From contig CM030337.1 in the NCBI GenBank assembly GCA_017654855.1, positions 1,054,001 to 1,118,000 on the forward strand: DNA of 64,000 nt, written 5' to 3'. Below are positions 14,605 through 28,242 of the stretch, one piece after another. Position 1 is the stretch's first letter. Every line of letters starts with the position of its first letter. The notes below the pieces were generated by a model. The model was not told the DNA's origin and searched no databases. It saw only the letters and a list, made by a program, of their open reading frames with translations. Both the position numbers and the translations under genes were made by a program. This stretch comes from Podospora anserina (taxonomy: Eukaryota).

Positions 14605-15244
14605 TCTCCATGGCGTTGGCAATCAGCTTGCCAATGTGCTCGTCGCCGTTGGCCGAGATGGTGGCGACCTGGGCGATCTCCTCAGAGGTGGTGATGTCGC
14701 GGCTGTGCTTCTGGAGGTACTCGACGACGTTGTCGACGGCAGCCTGGATACCGCGGCGGAGATCCATGGGGTTGCAGCCGGCAGCGACATTCTTGACCGT
14801 CTCGGCGAAGATGGCGCGGGCGAGGACGGTGGCAGTGGTGGTACCGTCACCGGCGACCTCGTTGGTCTTGGAGGCGACCTCGGCGAGGAGCTTGGCACCG
14901 AGGTTCTCGAACTTGTCCTTGAGGGAGATGGCGCGGGCGACCGTTACACCGTCTTTGTGCGTCTGTCAGTTACTGTCGAGATATTCTTCTCGTAGAGCGA
15001 GGACAAACTCACCCTTGGTGATCTTGGGGGAGCCGAAGCTGGACTCGATGAGGACATTGCGACCCTTGGGACCGAGGGTGGTAGCAACGGCCTTTGCGAG
15101 GGTCTCGACACCCTGAAGGAGAGCGGCACGGCCCTCAACACCGAACTTGAGCTCCTTGTGAGCGAAGCGGAGCTGCTGTGTGGAACGGACGCGGGCGGCC
15201 TTGAGCGGGGAAGAGACCGACGCTCTCGTGAGTGCGCGCTGCAT
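13451..15244 (-). CDS. hsp60: Mitochondrial chaperonin HSP60, 2 exons (intron about 15012-14953)
   Basis: Presequence, [35 protein letters not shown] and a GGM-repeat C-terminus. Confidence 0.98.
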
Positions 15245-18200
15245 GGTGGCGGTATGTGTGTGCCGGTTTCAAGCAACAAACTAAAAAGGGAGGCTCGGTT
15301 TGGGTCTGGGTATCACGATCAATGTCGGCTTCGGAAGGGGGTCGTCAAGGTGGGAGGATGGGGGGGATACTCTGTATAAAATATGTCAGCGCTCGGCAAC
15401 CATGTCGAAAAAAAATTCCCAAGGTTCGTCAGTGGATTGGCCCGAGCTCCCTGTTCACTAGGCAGGATCGGGCATAGCGCTCTACTTGATCACTGGTTGG
15501 AGGTGTTTCTGGAACCATCGAAGATCCACAAAACCGATTCGTTGAGTTCATGCAGCGCTGGTTTTGTCCTCATTTTTGGTTGTTCCTCTCTGTTTACCTG
15601 GTGAGATTCTGCGAAGGTATTCAGACACAAAGCTCACCAACTTTCGGCTCTTCAGCACCACATCTCGAGCCCTCATCTCGCCCTAATTTGTCATCACCAC
15701 TCTCCAGAGAAGCATTGCGGGATTGTTGCATCACGCCCCCCCCTCCCACGAGTAGCCGGGTTCTCCAATCTTGGCATGCGGTAAGTGGGGTCGAGAGCTC
15801 CAGCTTTCCGCAGGCAGCCGACCAGCCCCTTTTCCCCGACGACCAATGTAAACAAACCAACCGACGATAGCAGTCTGGATGGTGGATGGGACATATCACA
15901 AGTATGCCGATGGTTTGAGGTCGTGATGGTGTTCAGATTACGGTCATGAAACATGTTTTACTTTCCATCCGCATATCTCCTGCTGCTTCCCTCGCTCTCT
16001 TCCGCTCATCCGATATCTTGAACTCTGAAACATACAAAAAGCAATGCCCTCCCATGAACCGTCACCCACTCTCCATCTTCGCATCTCCAACATGTCGTAA
16101 AGTATCATCTCTCTTCCGCAGCCGACCTCGCTTGTTCTGTTACCCATGACCTAGCCTATCATGACAAAATGAGCCTAAACCCCCACCCAGCAAGAAGAGC
16201 TGCTTCCAGCCGTTGGTCTAGATTGGCAGTAAAAATAGTCGTCGACAAAGCCACACACGTCCCTTATTGGCCTTCCTCCCGTTCCACACAGACAAAGGTG
16301 CATCGCCTCTCTGCTCCTCACAAACGGCAGTTCTCACGCGGGACCGAGACGGCAGGCTGCGTACGGTCCTCGACGGCGGAATGTCGAGGGTTGGAATGGC
16401 CGAATGTGACTGGCCGTGCAGTAGGTAGGTGGACCGGTGGTGGCGACCGGTAGAGTGGTTGGTAGGTGGTAGGTGGCAACCGGTTGGTGGTAGGTAAAGT
16501 GCGGTGGAAGAGTCAAACTGAGAGAGAAGGAGAAAACCAGAAAAAAGAAAATGTTGGCACAAAAGCCAGGTTGTTGTTGTTGTTGTTGGCGTCGAGTATA
16601 CATAGAGCGAGTCCTTCGACATGATGGAATTTCCACGGCGTCTTTCCATTGCTGAAAGTTTGACTTCTCCCCCTTGAGCTGTGGGAGAGCACTGAAATCG
16701 AATCTCTTGTTGATCGTAAATTCATTGCTGATATCGAGGCCTGGTATAGGCTGGTGGGCGTGGTTCCCGATGGTGGGGAAGAAGCCTCGCCGAAAGCAGG
16801 AAAAGAAGAATGAGAAAACGAGACAGCCACACGAGACCACCACAAGGTGTGTCTGTGAACCCGTGAATGGAGCTGCTCAGGTAAAAGAATGGAAGCATAC
16901 CTCGGGAAGACGACGTCTTCCGTCCTCGGCATCCCCCATACACAACATGAAATAAACCCTCTCTTTTGATTTTTGTCCATCCCGACTCCCCCTCACTTCT
17001 AACGACGCCAAACTCCCATCTGAGACCTCTCCCCGCAACAGACCGCGCACAAAACAATAATTCGCACAATCCCACGTCACATGTCACATACCCGATCTCG
17101 TCCTCAGCCAACAAAAGCCGCAACACAACACGTCGCCCGCCGTTTACTTTTCCAATCCACCACATCATCATCGCCTAGTCAGAAAAACAGAATGCGCACT
17201 TCTGGAGGTCCCGCACAGCATCTCTGCCTGTTTTGGAAGCCTGAAAGTGCCGGGGAAAAAGGTAGGTAAGGTAGGGTGGGGGGGTATGCCTTTTCCATGG
17301 TTCGGGCTCCCTCTGCCGCCGCCTTCGTCCGCGAAGGCCAGGTCGTGGATTCAGCTGGCGTGGTGCTGTCATGACAGGGTGTTCCTGATGAGAGACTCTC
17401 TCATGGCCTATCACCTGGGTGCCGGGGGGTGGTGTGTCTGAGGCTCAGGGGTCTTTGACCGTGTGTGTGAGGGGTAGGGTTGGGTGAAGGTGGAGAAAAG
17501 GTCGGTAGGTAGGTAGGTAGGCTGGTGTCCCTTTTCCGTGGAAGCTAAGGTTGGTGAGGGGCCAGCAGGGGGCGAGGTGGTGGTTCGCTGGTATGAGGTG
17601 AAAGAGAAAAGGAGAGAAGGAAAATGGGCTGGCTATGTGCCGAGCTGTTGAAGGTGTTGAGTGTATATATAGAGAAGGTCAAAAAAACCTGCATCTAACA
17701 ATGTGCAAGTCTTGTTTGTGTCCTCGTGCTTAAAACAGTCCTCGGATCACAAACCGTCGCTTTGTGGTCGCAAGAAAGGAAACCCCAGGAACAGCCCCAT
17801 GCTCGCCTTCTGCCTCGACGGCTCAAAGTCTTTCCATGTGACCAGGGAGCCAGTCTTCTGCAAAGGCATCCAGTCCAGAGACAAACTGAAGAAGTCTCCC
17901 CAGCAGACCCTCCTCTCCAAATGCAAGTGACAGTAGCGCTCTTCATCTGTGCAACTTTGGCAGCTTCTATGATCCTGACCGTTCCCGCACCCCCACAAGG
18001 CGTGATTGAGAATGCCAATCCCGAACTCTTCGGCTTCGGCCGTGCAGATGATCTTGTCACAGCAGGATCACCCTCGGGAGGATGGTCTGGTTTGTGGGTG
18101 GACTGGGACGGCAAAGGCCGTCGTGGGTAGTGACTGGTTGAGAGGTCGTCACGGAGGAACAGGTAGGTAGGTAGGTTGTTGAAGGTGAGGTAAGGTAGGT

Positions 18201-19255
18201 AAAGGTTGACGGCAATTGTGATTCCGGTGTGGCTTGGAAGCCTGGACCGCGTGGGTCACGTTGAAATTGTTGAATAGACATATAGAGAGAAGGAGGAGAA
18301 GGAAAGATAGGAAAGACTCAAGGTGGAAACTGTCGAGAGAAGAGGAACGTCGAGAATTGAGATGTTGAATGATAGATTGATGTTGTAGAGTGATGATGAA
18401 GAGCGGTCTAAAGAGAAGAAGATGCTGAAGAGAAAGATGTTGAAAGAGAAGTCGCTGAGGTGAGAATGCTGGTGTAAAAAAAAAGAATTAAAAAAAGAAA
18501 TATAAAAAAAAAGAGGCTGAAGTGAATACCAAAGACAAGATGCTGGAGAGGGAAAGATAACGAAGAAATGGACGGCGGGAGACTGATGGTAATAAGGTGG
18601 TGTCTCGTCTCTCCGATACCCGGTAAAGACTTTTCAATCCGTTCGATCTCTCGGTGCGACTTCAAACAGAGTCTCCCGGAAGGTAGTGGAGCCTAGGCAG
18701 ACAATTACCTATGCAGAGAAACCTTAGAAGCCTGGAGGCATCACAAGCACCCGATGCCTCGTGTAACACCATGGAGGTCTTCTGCAGAGAAGGGAAATCC
18801 GTAGAACCTCCATAGGCATTACACAAAGCCCCAGAGATTAAATCAACGCAGTTTTATTTGTCTCGTATGGACGATATCGGTTCGAGAAAAGAAACTCGGC
18901 TCAACCGGCAGAAATCCTTGCCAACCCAACCCAACGCCAGCAAACCCAACGCCTTTGGCAGTGATGTCCCGGAATCCTCCGCTTGAACCTTTTCCCAACG
19001 CCTTATTGTGATTGTCGAGGTGTGACTCAGAAAGAAGAGAACTCTGTCATCAAACCATGATGCTCGTGCCAAATCGTTCTGTTCCCATCGTCAGCCTGAT
19101 CTCTCGAGAGTCAACACCGACGAACTTACCTCAACTCCCAATTAACCCCAAATCACCATGATCATGAACCTCAATGCAAAGATCAACGCCGAAAAGGAAG
19201 TGAAACCCTCTCAACCCCATGTAACCCATGTCCCTTCCCCCCATCTCACCATCCC

Positions 19256-20284
19256 TCAGTTCCCCCAACCCTCATAACCCTGCCCCCCAAACTGCTCCTG
19301 ATAAATCCGCTGCAAGTCCACATCCCCGCCAGCAACAGACGCCGCGGAACCAGAACCAGAGCCATCATAACCACCAACACCACCCTGAGAAGAAGGCGTC
19401 TCCAAAACATGATGAGAAAAAAACCCCATATCCCGAGGCAGAGAGGCAACAGGCGTCAAAGAAGGATCAGATCCCCCCCTCACACCCATCAAATTCCCCC
19501 TCCTCCCGCTGCTCATCATCACTGGAGGAGATCTTGACTGTGAAAGCAAAAAACCCTGGTTAGCAAAATTCCAGCCGTTTCCATCACCCTCGCCACCACC
19601 CTCACCACCACCCTCACCACCACCACCATTCTTCACCCCCTGCTGCCCCCCATTCATACCAGTAAAACTCTCCCCCATATACACCACCTCATCCTCATCC
19701 TCCACCTCCACCTCACCACCCTCCTCCTGTTTCTTCCCGTCAAGGAGATGGCGAGAGAACTCGGGAATATCACTCATCTTAACCCCACCACCATTGTTCT
19801 TATCGTCAAGATCATCCTCACCCTTTTTACCGCCCTTCTTCACGGCAGCAGCAGTCTTCTTTTTGGCCATCATCGGCATCTCCTCCGACTCGTCCGTCTC
19901 GGGCTTGACAGGGACGGGGTCGTCCTTGCGCTTGCGCTTGGTGGGGGTTTTGGCCGCGCTGGCTTCGCCGTTCTTGGGGACGTTGGCGGGGGTGAGGTCG
20001 TGCGCTTTGAGGAGGCGCTCGTAGCGTTTGGCGCTAGAGAGGAGAGGGTTAGTGATGGTGTTGGGGTGGGGAGGGGGAAGAAGGACTCACGCGGCAGCCT
20101 TGGAGACGATACCGAGCTCCTGGGAGACGGCGTCGAAGTTGACCTGTGGTTGTGGTGGTGGTGGTGGTTAGTGATGGGTGGTGAAGAAAAAAAGGGAGGG
20201 AGAGGGACTTACTCTACCGGCTGAGGCGTGCTTGACGCACGACAACAGGAACCTGAGGTGCTGCTCGGCGTCGAGGGCAGGCAT
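19256..20284 (-). CDS. Small Myb/SANT-like domain protein; exons 20284-20213, 20143-20091, 20033 onward
   Basis: MPALDAEQHLRFLLSCVKHASAGR|VNFDAVSQELGIVSKAAA|AKRYERLLKAH, followed by a basic TPTKRKRK tail. A further intron (about 19660-19538) could move the stop to about 19467. Confidence 0.75.
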
Positions 20285-21776
20285 TTTTGGCTGTTTTGAG
20301 GGTGGAGTTCGTTTCTGTGGGAGGGTTAGTGGGGGTGCCTACTACGAGTCGAAGAACTCCAACGACAAATCGAATTCGAGATTCCGCTTGGAAGTCGTGG
20401 CATCATCGCAATGGCTGTGTGAAGTACCTTGCGAGGTAATGTGGTAGGTGGTGGAATGATCTCGAACAAAGATGTTGTTCTGGGTGAGGTCGAGGAAAGG
20501 AAGTATGTGGGGGAGGGAGAAGACAAGGGTAGGACGGACAAGCTTTGTCGGAGTCGCGTCTTGTGGGCAGGCGAGGAGGATGACGCGGCTGCCTCAGGCT
20601 TGCAGGACTCGACGGAAGCGAAGAAGGGAACCACTTTGACTCGACTCTCGCAAACAATATGCGAGGGAGTTCAAGGCAAGAAGAGAGAGGAGTTGCGAGG
20701 GGGAGAGAGAAGTGGAGGGGATGGTTATAAGAAGGATTCGACTTACCAAACGTGGTTCCTAGTGGAGAGTGGTGATGTCGAGGTTGCAAGATCTTTGCAG
20801 TCGTTGCAGAGTTGAAGTCGAGATGTCGTCTGAAGGCAATGGGGGAAAGCGCTCGAGGTAGGTTGGAGCAAGTGAATTGGCCTGTCAAACACCTGTCTGA
20901 CTGCTATGTGTGTGGCAGTTGGTGACCTTGAGGGAGGGTGGTGATGATGGGACGGAAGAGGAGAGCAGGCTTCTGCAAAGGACCGAAGGATAGCAGAAAT
21001 AATGTACTGGTGTGCCCTAAGTGGGCCTACTGTCGTCAAATAAGACGCTTCGATTTACTCTTCGTGGTGATACTTGGTTGACGGCGGGATGTAAGCACAA
21101 AGGAGTAGCAAGCTTCGTTGCCTGAAAGTCCTATTGGAAGATGGGAAATTGGCCAGCGCCGAGCAATGAGTGACTGAGGAAGGTGGAAGTGGGACAGATG
21201 ATGCGAGTCCTTCTGAAAGATTCAAGTTGTCTGAGGATTAATTCTATCAGATCAAGTCTGGTAGTGGTTGACAGATGAAGTCTGTCCCAGTCTGGCTATG
21301 GAGAGAGACTTCAAGATGATATACACGACAAGACGCGTCGGCCTGTTCAACGTCTTTGCCCTGCTCCGGCAAGTACCACAAAGCAATAGACATACGGCAC
21401 CAAAGACATGAAAGTTTAGTTGCATATACCTGTCTTTGATGTATTTAACCCAGAAGCACCTGTCAAAGGAATCATTTGACGCTGGTACGCAGTCCAACTT
21501 CAAACACATCCAGGCGCCCAATATTTCAAGCAGAACTAAATCAACGCGGAAAGTAAGGACGGTTTATATATAATCTAGCTCTTCTCATCTATTTCGATCA
21601 GCGTTCTTTTTCAAAGCTTATTCACCCCTGATTTGCCATCCAGGAAAGGGGGCTTCAAGACAAGGGGCCGTGCGTTGGCACAGCAACTGCATGTCTTGGC
21701 ACCTCCTTTTGATCCAGCGCCTGCCAGGTGACATACTTGGAGGCCATGAAGCTACATTACCTACTTACCTAAATAA

Positions 21777-22979
21777 CATGATACCATTGAAGCAAACCCT
21801 GAAGACAACACAATCATCAAGCAGGCTGAGCAGTCTAAGGGAACAGACGACCGCCAGTCTAGCCATGACTCTGATGATGCGCCCCAGCCCTTGCAAGCCA
21901 CCCTTGACCATGGCAAGAATATGACCAGACCCGATGGACCTGGCAGGGTCGACAACGTAGATGGAACTGATGAGCCCACACCCATTGACGGCGATGACGG
22001 CTGCGAGAACATCGATGATCTAACCGACCTAGAGGCAGAGAAGGAGCGCGATGAAGAGCAAAAGAGGAAAGCGGAGGAGGAGGATAAGAAGAAGGAGGAG
22101 GAGAAGAAGGACGAAGAGAAGAAGGAGGAGGAGAAGAAGAAGGAAGAGGAGAAGAAGAAGGAGGGAGGAGAAGAAGAAGAAGAAGGAGGAGGAGGAGGAG
22201 AAGGAGAAGAAGAAGGAGAAGAAGAAGGAGGATGGAGACTGGATCAAAATCTTCACCGTTTCGATTCCCGCGATCACTCTCGGGTACCAATTGCAACTTC
22301 GCAATCACTGCGACTGGACTTGTGAGGTGGTCTTCCTCGATCGATGGCATGACTTGGAAGACTTCCGTTACTGGGTTCGCTATCTGTGGGACAGCGATTC
22401 GTTCCTCTTCGGCCAAACCAAAGAAGTTCCTCTATTCTTTCCATGGCGGCAAGAAAGTTGCCGCGTCAGCAAGGATAGCGGCCAAGTTCAAGAAGTGGGT
22501 AGAGAATTTAGAGAGCAATGAGCCGCTGGTTGTGGGCGGGGAGGACATGAAGATGTTTGTGCGTCAGGGTTTCGAGTTGGAGGACTTACTCGAATGGGAA
22601 GGGTTGGACGATTATCGTGTTAAGCGTTATGATGACGAGGACGATGATAATGATGACGATGAGCCCGAGGGAGGATATAAGGCGACGGCGCGGAAGGAGG
22701 CTGGAGAGGTGGCAGCAAGGCAAGGACCAGGAGGCGACAGTTCTGGTGTGGTGTGTCCCGCGGAAATTTAGGCGAAGCCGCAGGTACAGCCGCTGTGTCA
22801 GTTTCAGCAATGGGGCTCTTTGGGAGGAGGATTCTGAGGGTGTTTATAAACAGCGGATGAGCGAGATGGAGGAATTTCTTTGGGATGAGCTCAACGGCGT
22901 GCTGTCAGCCGTCGCTTTTCTGACTATGGTGCTACCGTCACCTAAACTTTTGGCCATGGTACTTGCCCTTTTGGCGTGA
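21777..22979 (+). pseudogene. Frameshifted relic of a K/E-rich protein gene
   Basis: Protein-like segments run consecutively through different frames (ORFs 21891, 22051, 22232, 22557). One shift lies in the GAG/AAG repeat. Confidence 0.4.
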
Positions 22980-25900
22980 TCTGGCAGGAGCCACAGTCTT
23001 CTCTACCAATTGACCAGATTTGTACAATTCAGGCTAGATCTAAATTGGGTTTTTACTCATGGCTTTAAATGTATAAGCCGTGTACCATTCGTCTTTTAAC
23101 ACAGCTGTGTGACCAAATAACCTAGAATCCCCAGCCGTCAGCAGGCCTTGCCTGTCAGTCTCGGATAGACCTCAGTTCATCTTGAGAATACGATGGGACC
23201 TGTACACTCCAGGCTTGCCCGACGTCTAGATCCAACGTTTACACATATTCGCTTTCTTTATTGGCTTCCTCTTCTAATACCAACCTGCTAGCATCAGCCG
23301 TGTCATCAATTATCCAATTCTGTGCGACGTGAACACAAGTGCAGGCGACTAGACCTCTTATAATCACTCTCCAAGGTAGCCCAACAAGCAAGATGTGAGA
23401 GAAGCACCGTCTCGTCACGGACCGGCTCTCGTGAGAAAGCGCCTGTAGCCTCTCCGACTCTCCCCGTTACTTATCCGTTCCGGTGCCGGGCGGCCAGAGG
23501 ATATCGATGCTCCCCAAACACCAGCAGATAGAACAACATCCCGGACGTCTCTCTCTCCCGTTCCGTAGACCCGTCAGCCGAGAACCATCAACCAACCGGC
23601 AAATGCGATATTCGAGGCCGTTTTTCCACAAGATAACGAATTCCACATTGCACTAGAGCCTGCAGAGAAGCTGCTGTTGGACATAATTATGAAGGGGTTA
23701 GTTATCGCTGATCTTGGGCTGAGGTGTTGTGAAGAAAGTATGCGTGAGATGTGGAAGTTGGAGGTTGTTGGTGTGTACCGTCTGCAGAAGCTGACTTATT
23801 ATGACGTGAGACTGGGACTAAGGGCTCTTTGTCGCTGTCGTGGACGGTGTTGTCGGGTGTTTTGACAGCGTTCCCATTCAGTGGGATTCCAGGGACATGG
23901 ACATCTGAAAGACTCTCTTTGATATCCATTGACAGCCCCTGACCTCTGCTGACAGTTCTTGACCCCTTTTGACCGCCCCCAAACTCTTCCAGACTCCCAA
24001 GACTTACCCCCTGACGTCTTAAGTCTCAGTAAATCCCGCCTTAGACAGCATACCGGACAATCAACACTTCACCACAGGACACCAGTCCACTCCAACAAGT
24101 CCAATAGACAACAGTCTCTGTACTGGGACACCTTCCTCATAAAGACTCAGGCAAGACATGCCCTCCATTCTCTTCAACCAGTACTTCCCCATCTAGGTAC
24201 CCTTCAAGAGCCATCCCCTCTCTCGTTTACTACTTGCTGCTACCACTACCACCACTGCCACCAATGCCACCCTCACCTTCACCGTCACCGTCACCACCAC
24301 GAGTTCCGCCAACGACAAACGACAACAACAGCAACAGTAGCAGCCGCCACAACAACAGTAGCAACGACAGCAGCATCCCACCACTTCCCCCATTCCCAAC
24401 AAAGACTGGCCAGCATTGACCTCCGCTCCGTCTGGTAGAAGGCACACCAACCCACCCCCCCTTTCCTTGAAACGAGCAACCAATCATGAACACATAACCG
24501 CGCCGATGTCCCTACCTCGGTTTCGCCTGCTAACTGTTTCCCTGGGCCCAGTTGTGGCTCTGGCATTGAATGTGTTGAGAGGTTCGTGGGCGAGCGGGCG
24601 AACGACAGAGGATTGGGAGGAGGAGGAGGAGGTAGGAATGATAACCTGAGCGGATGAACGTGAGTAGGTTCCCGGGATGATGGGATGGAAGGGTTGTGGG
24701 GCCGGGAGGGGAAGGGAGCATGCTGGGTTTTGGGAGGGTTGGTTTGATATGGAGTGTGGTTGTGTAAACATAAGGTAAGGTAGAAAGGGTGAGGGGGTGG
24801 TAATGTTGAATCTGGGTTTGAGATGTCTTGGCGGGGACGGGAACAAGATTCGGAACGGAAGGGGTTGTGTTCTTGACCTTCTCGGCGGCGGTGGTGGTAT
24901 AAAAGGGTGATTTGGAGGTTGTTGGTATATGCGTTGGGAATGTTAGCGAGGAAGAGGGATACGGGGGGTGGTTGTGGGTATGGTATACTGTATCCTGGGA
25001 CCGGACTCGGTGCAGGCTGTCGGGAGGATACCTCGGCATGGATGTCTACATCTCACCCACGATCAAGATGTCAGTCATGCCTTTATCCACCAACCGTCAA
25101 AGAGTTTCAACACCCAAACCCGCCCCGGACACCTCCCCTCGACATCAACCCATCCCCCCCAAACCCACCACCAACCCCCCAACCCTCCCCATCCCCTCCC
25201 CAAGCAACCAGCGACCAACCCCAACCTCACCCCCAACTCCACCAATGATGAGCGCACAGCAACCAGCAACAGCACCACAGAGCCAACAGACGTAACCCCA
25301 GCTCGGACGGGAAACAAACCACCAATCATTCTCTGTCGCCGGCCGCTGTGAACAGGGATTCGGAGTTCCTGTCAAACTTGAAGTTAGCCTGGAGGGTAAC
25401 CAGAAGATGGTTCAACACAATCTATACCAACTTACTTAACTGTGGTTAAAGATACCCCAAAAGTAAATAACAACAGAAAGAAGGAAGAAGAAAAGGAAGA
25501 AAAGTCCGAAAATCCCAAGCGTGAAACTGGCAAAACCAAAGACGTTGACCATCGTAGAAGACCTTTTGTGTACTAAAGATTGGCTGGAGATGCCTCGAGG
25601 GCAAGCTCGACCCAAGCTTAGCCACCAGGTAGAGCCCCGGCGAGTAAGCAAAACCCTAACTCCAAAGTTGATGCCGCTCAGTGTCAGCAACTGCTGGCCC
25701 AGTGTCGGCCACTGCTCCCTCAGTTCTCCAAGCAGCCGCGAATTAAAACCGAACCACATCTGAGACCTACCCCTTCGCAGTGCAAAAACACCAGGATTTG
25801 TTTCTATTCGTGTAGGGATATAGATAACAACAAAGATCTAATAAACAGCAAAGGTGTAGGTGTGAGCAGCGAATGCGCAAGATTGAACGCCGGGAGACCA

Positions 25901-26931
25901 GTCCGAGTAGGGGTCGACACCGCCGAGCCAGCTCTAACTCGCCCGGCTCAACCGGAAAAGTGTCGATTGGAGATGAGGGTGTGTGAAAGATGGTTAATAT
26001 GTTTTGGAAAAGACATCAACACCTACATATGTACTACACCCATCAAAGACACTTAACATACGTATCACCCCATCTCTCAACATCCTTGCCCTGCACCCTT
26101 ACACAACACACATACACACACCTTCAACCGCGATATTAGCTGACACATAAAGAAAGGTCAACCCATACCGTGTCATATCTATACCTCGAAGCATAATCAT
26201 CACACCTTCAAAGATATTCAAAACACCCATTAGTTCCCCTTCAAAGCACAGTTCACAACATACCATACCTCAACTTGCTTCTGCCATGCCAATTATCTTG
26301 TAGACACACTCACACATCACATCACATCACATCACATCATCACAAACATCAAGTCAACGTCCCTTTGGTATTGTGCGATATAACCACCCCCAACAAACTC
26401 AACGGAAAACAAATCCCGTAAACTCCCCCCACCCAACCATCCATCCTTTTTCCCTCCCATAATATCCCTTGACCCCAAGTCGGCGAGTGAAAAAACCCAG
26501 CAAGAGAGAGAGAGGGAGAGAAAAAGAAAAAAAGAAGAAAAAAAAGGCAGAAAAGAAAACCCATAACGCCTCCCCCCATGCAGATAGACCTCCATGAAAG
26601 AAAACCCCACCGAGTCACCCTTACGCCTTTATCCCCCCCCTTCCCCATCCCCCACCTAATGCCCAAACGCCAGTTTAACAAGTCGAAGGAAAAGAAGAAG
26701 AAGAAAAAGAAAAGCTGGCGAGGTAAAAGGGAAAAACACTTGATCGCAAATAGATGACGTTGTCAAGTGTGTCGCGTCAAAACGACACAACTTAGCCGGC
26801 GTAGCCAATGCCCACGTGGCGCCTAAACTCACGAAACAAAAAGTGGTTAGACATGCTCTAGACACACAGTTCAAACAGGAAAAAAAAAAAAAAACCAGTC
26901 AAACTGGGTGTGGATACAGACATGTGATGAC

Positions 26932-27280
26932 TTACGAGGCATCAGCCGAGTACACCGTCGTGGCAGCGCGGGGCTGACCATACGCATCATGGTCATCCTC
27001 CGAGTCCTCCTTCTTGACAATCGTGTCAGACTTGGGGGCCTCCTTCTTCACACCGCGACGCTTCTTGGCGGCGGGGGTGGGATCGGCCTCCTCATTGTCG
27101 GTTCCGTTGTCACCAGCAGCGGCGGCCTGACCCTTGCGCTTGTTGGAACCGGGAGTCTTTTTGGCCGCGGCCTTGCCACCACGGGCCTTGGCGGGGGTCT
27201 CAGGGGCATTGGCGCTGGATCCCTCGGCAGGACCGTCGTTGGCGGCGGTGTCCTTGCGCCGGAGCTTCTGGAGGTGCTGA
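26932..27280 (-). CDS. Constant exon C of the variable-first-exon Myb-like locus
   Basis: Branch CTGAC plus TCTCTCACAG acceptor (27283-27281). Phase-2 entry T|CAG CAC CTC CAG AAG CTC = QHLQKLRRKD, then a basic/acidic tail (NKRKG, AKKRRG). Stop at 26934-26932; an overlapping GTAAGT may indicate an extra terminal intron. Confidence 0.8.
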
Positions 27281-27348
27281 CTGTGAGAGAACGAGATGTC
27301 AGTGTAGGGTTCTCAAAAGGGATCAAGTGAAGCATGTCAGCAAAGTAC

Positions 27349-27506
27349 GTGATGGCCTTGACGGTGCAAGTATAGCCGAGTTCGTGCATTTGTTCCATCA
27401 CGGCTCTGAGCTGGTCCTGGGAGGGGCTCAACTCCTGGACGAGACAGAGGAGGAGGTCGTGGTTGGCCTGGAGGTCCCACTTCATGCGAGACTTGTCGAT
27501 GGCCAT
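27349..27506 (-). CDS. Variable first exon V1 (MAIDKSRMKWDLQANHDLLLCL...LGYTCTVKAI)
   Basis: 158 nt = 52 codons + 2; donor AC|GTACTT; 68-nt intron to the constant exon. Confidence 0.8.
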
Positions 27507-27801
27507 GTCTGCGACTTTTCTTGGTGAATGGCTTGAGGTGATGGTGATGTAGGTGTTGATGTTGATGTGGGATGAGGGTTGAGTGAAGAGTGAAAGAGAA
27601 GAGAGGGGAGGAAAACTAGGGCAGAGTCGACGAGGAGGAGGGGAAGGGACGGGAAGGAAATGAGGAAGAGTTGAAGAGAAGCGGAGCGGAGGGGTGAAGG
27701 TGTGCCAGGCAGCGATATTGTGTCACTTGCCACCGAACGTCAACTCGATGAGAATCGGCGGAAGGAACAAAAGCAACAGCAAAAGGGAAAGAACAGCGTA
27801 C

Positions 27802-27974
27802 AGTGCAGCGCCTTGGGTGTAGTTGTAGCCGCGGAGATTGGTGTAGGCAATGATGGCGTCCCAGCACTCGGCTTTGATCTCGCCACGCACAATCACTGCT
27901 TGAAGCAAGGTCAGGTGTGCGTCGTGATCCCAGACCGTGGTCGGCTTTCCAGAAAGAGCACGTCCAGGTGGCAT
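27802..27974 (-). CDS. Variable first exon V2 (MPPGRALSGKPTTVWDHDAHLTLLQAV...RGYNYTQGAA)
   Basis: 173 nt = 57 codons + 2; donor CT|GTACGC. Confidence 0.72.
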
Positions 27975-28242
27975 GTTGTTGGGTGATGTTGGTGAAGAAG
28001 TGGGTGTCTGGTGGTGGTGTAAAGTCGCTGAGGACAGGGTGTGCCTGGTGGTGGTTGTGAAAGAGTATGAGAGAAAGCTGCGGAGGCTTTTCGAGGGGAG
28101 AAAGAACAGATAACTGGGAAGTTGCCGGCAACGCCGAGAACCACGTCTTCGCTTGATGACCTGCTCATCCGAGTCCTGCTCTTTCCTGCCTGTGGTCCGA
28201 CGACTAATCAGACTACAGAAGGTAGGGGGAATGAGTGCTTAC

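Noticed and set aside
13343-14995. 550-aa plus-strand ORF
   Set aside because: Antisense shadow of the highly codon-biased hsp60 gene.
15507-15523. Heat-shock element upstream of hsp60 (TTCtgGAAccATC)
   Set aside because: Only two perfect nGAAn units; plausible but not supportable from sequence alone.
23959-25763. Several Pro/Thr-rich ORFs on both strands
   Set aside because: Low complexity, no recognisable domain and no consistent exon structure.
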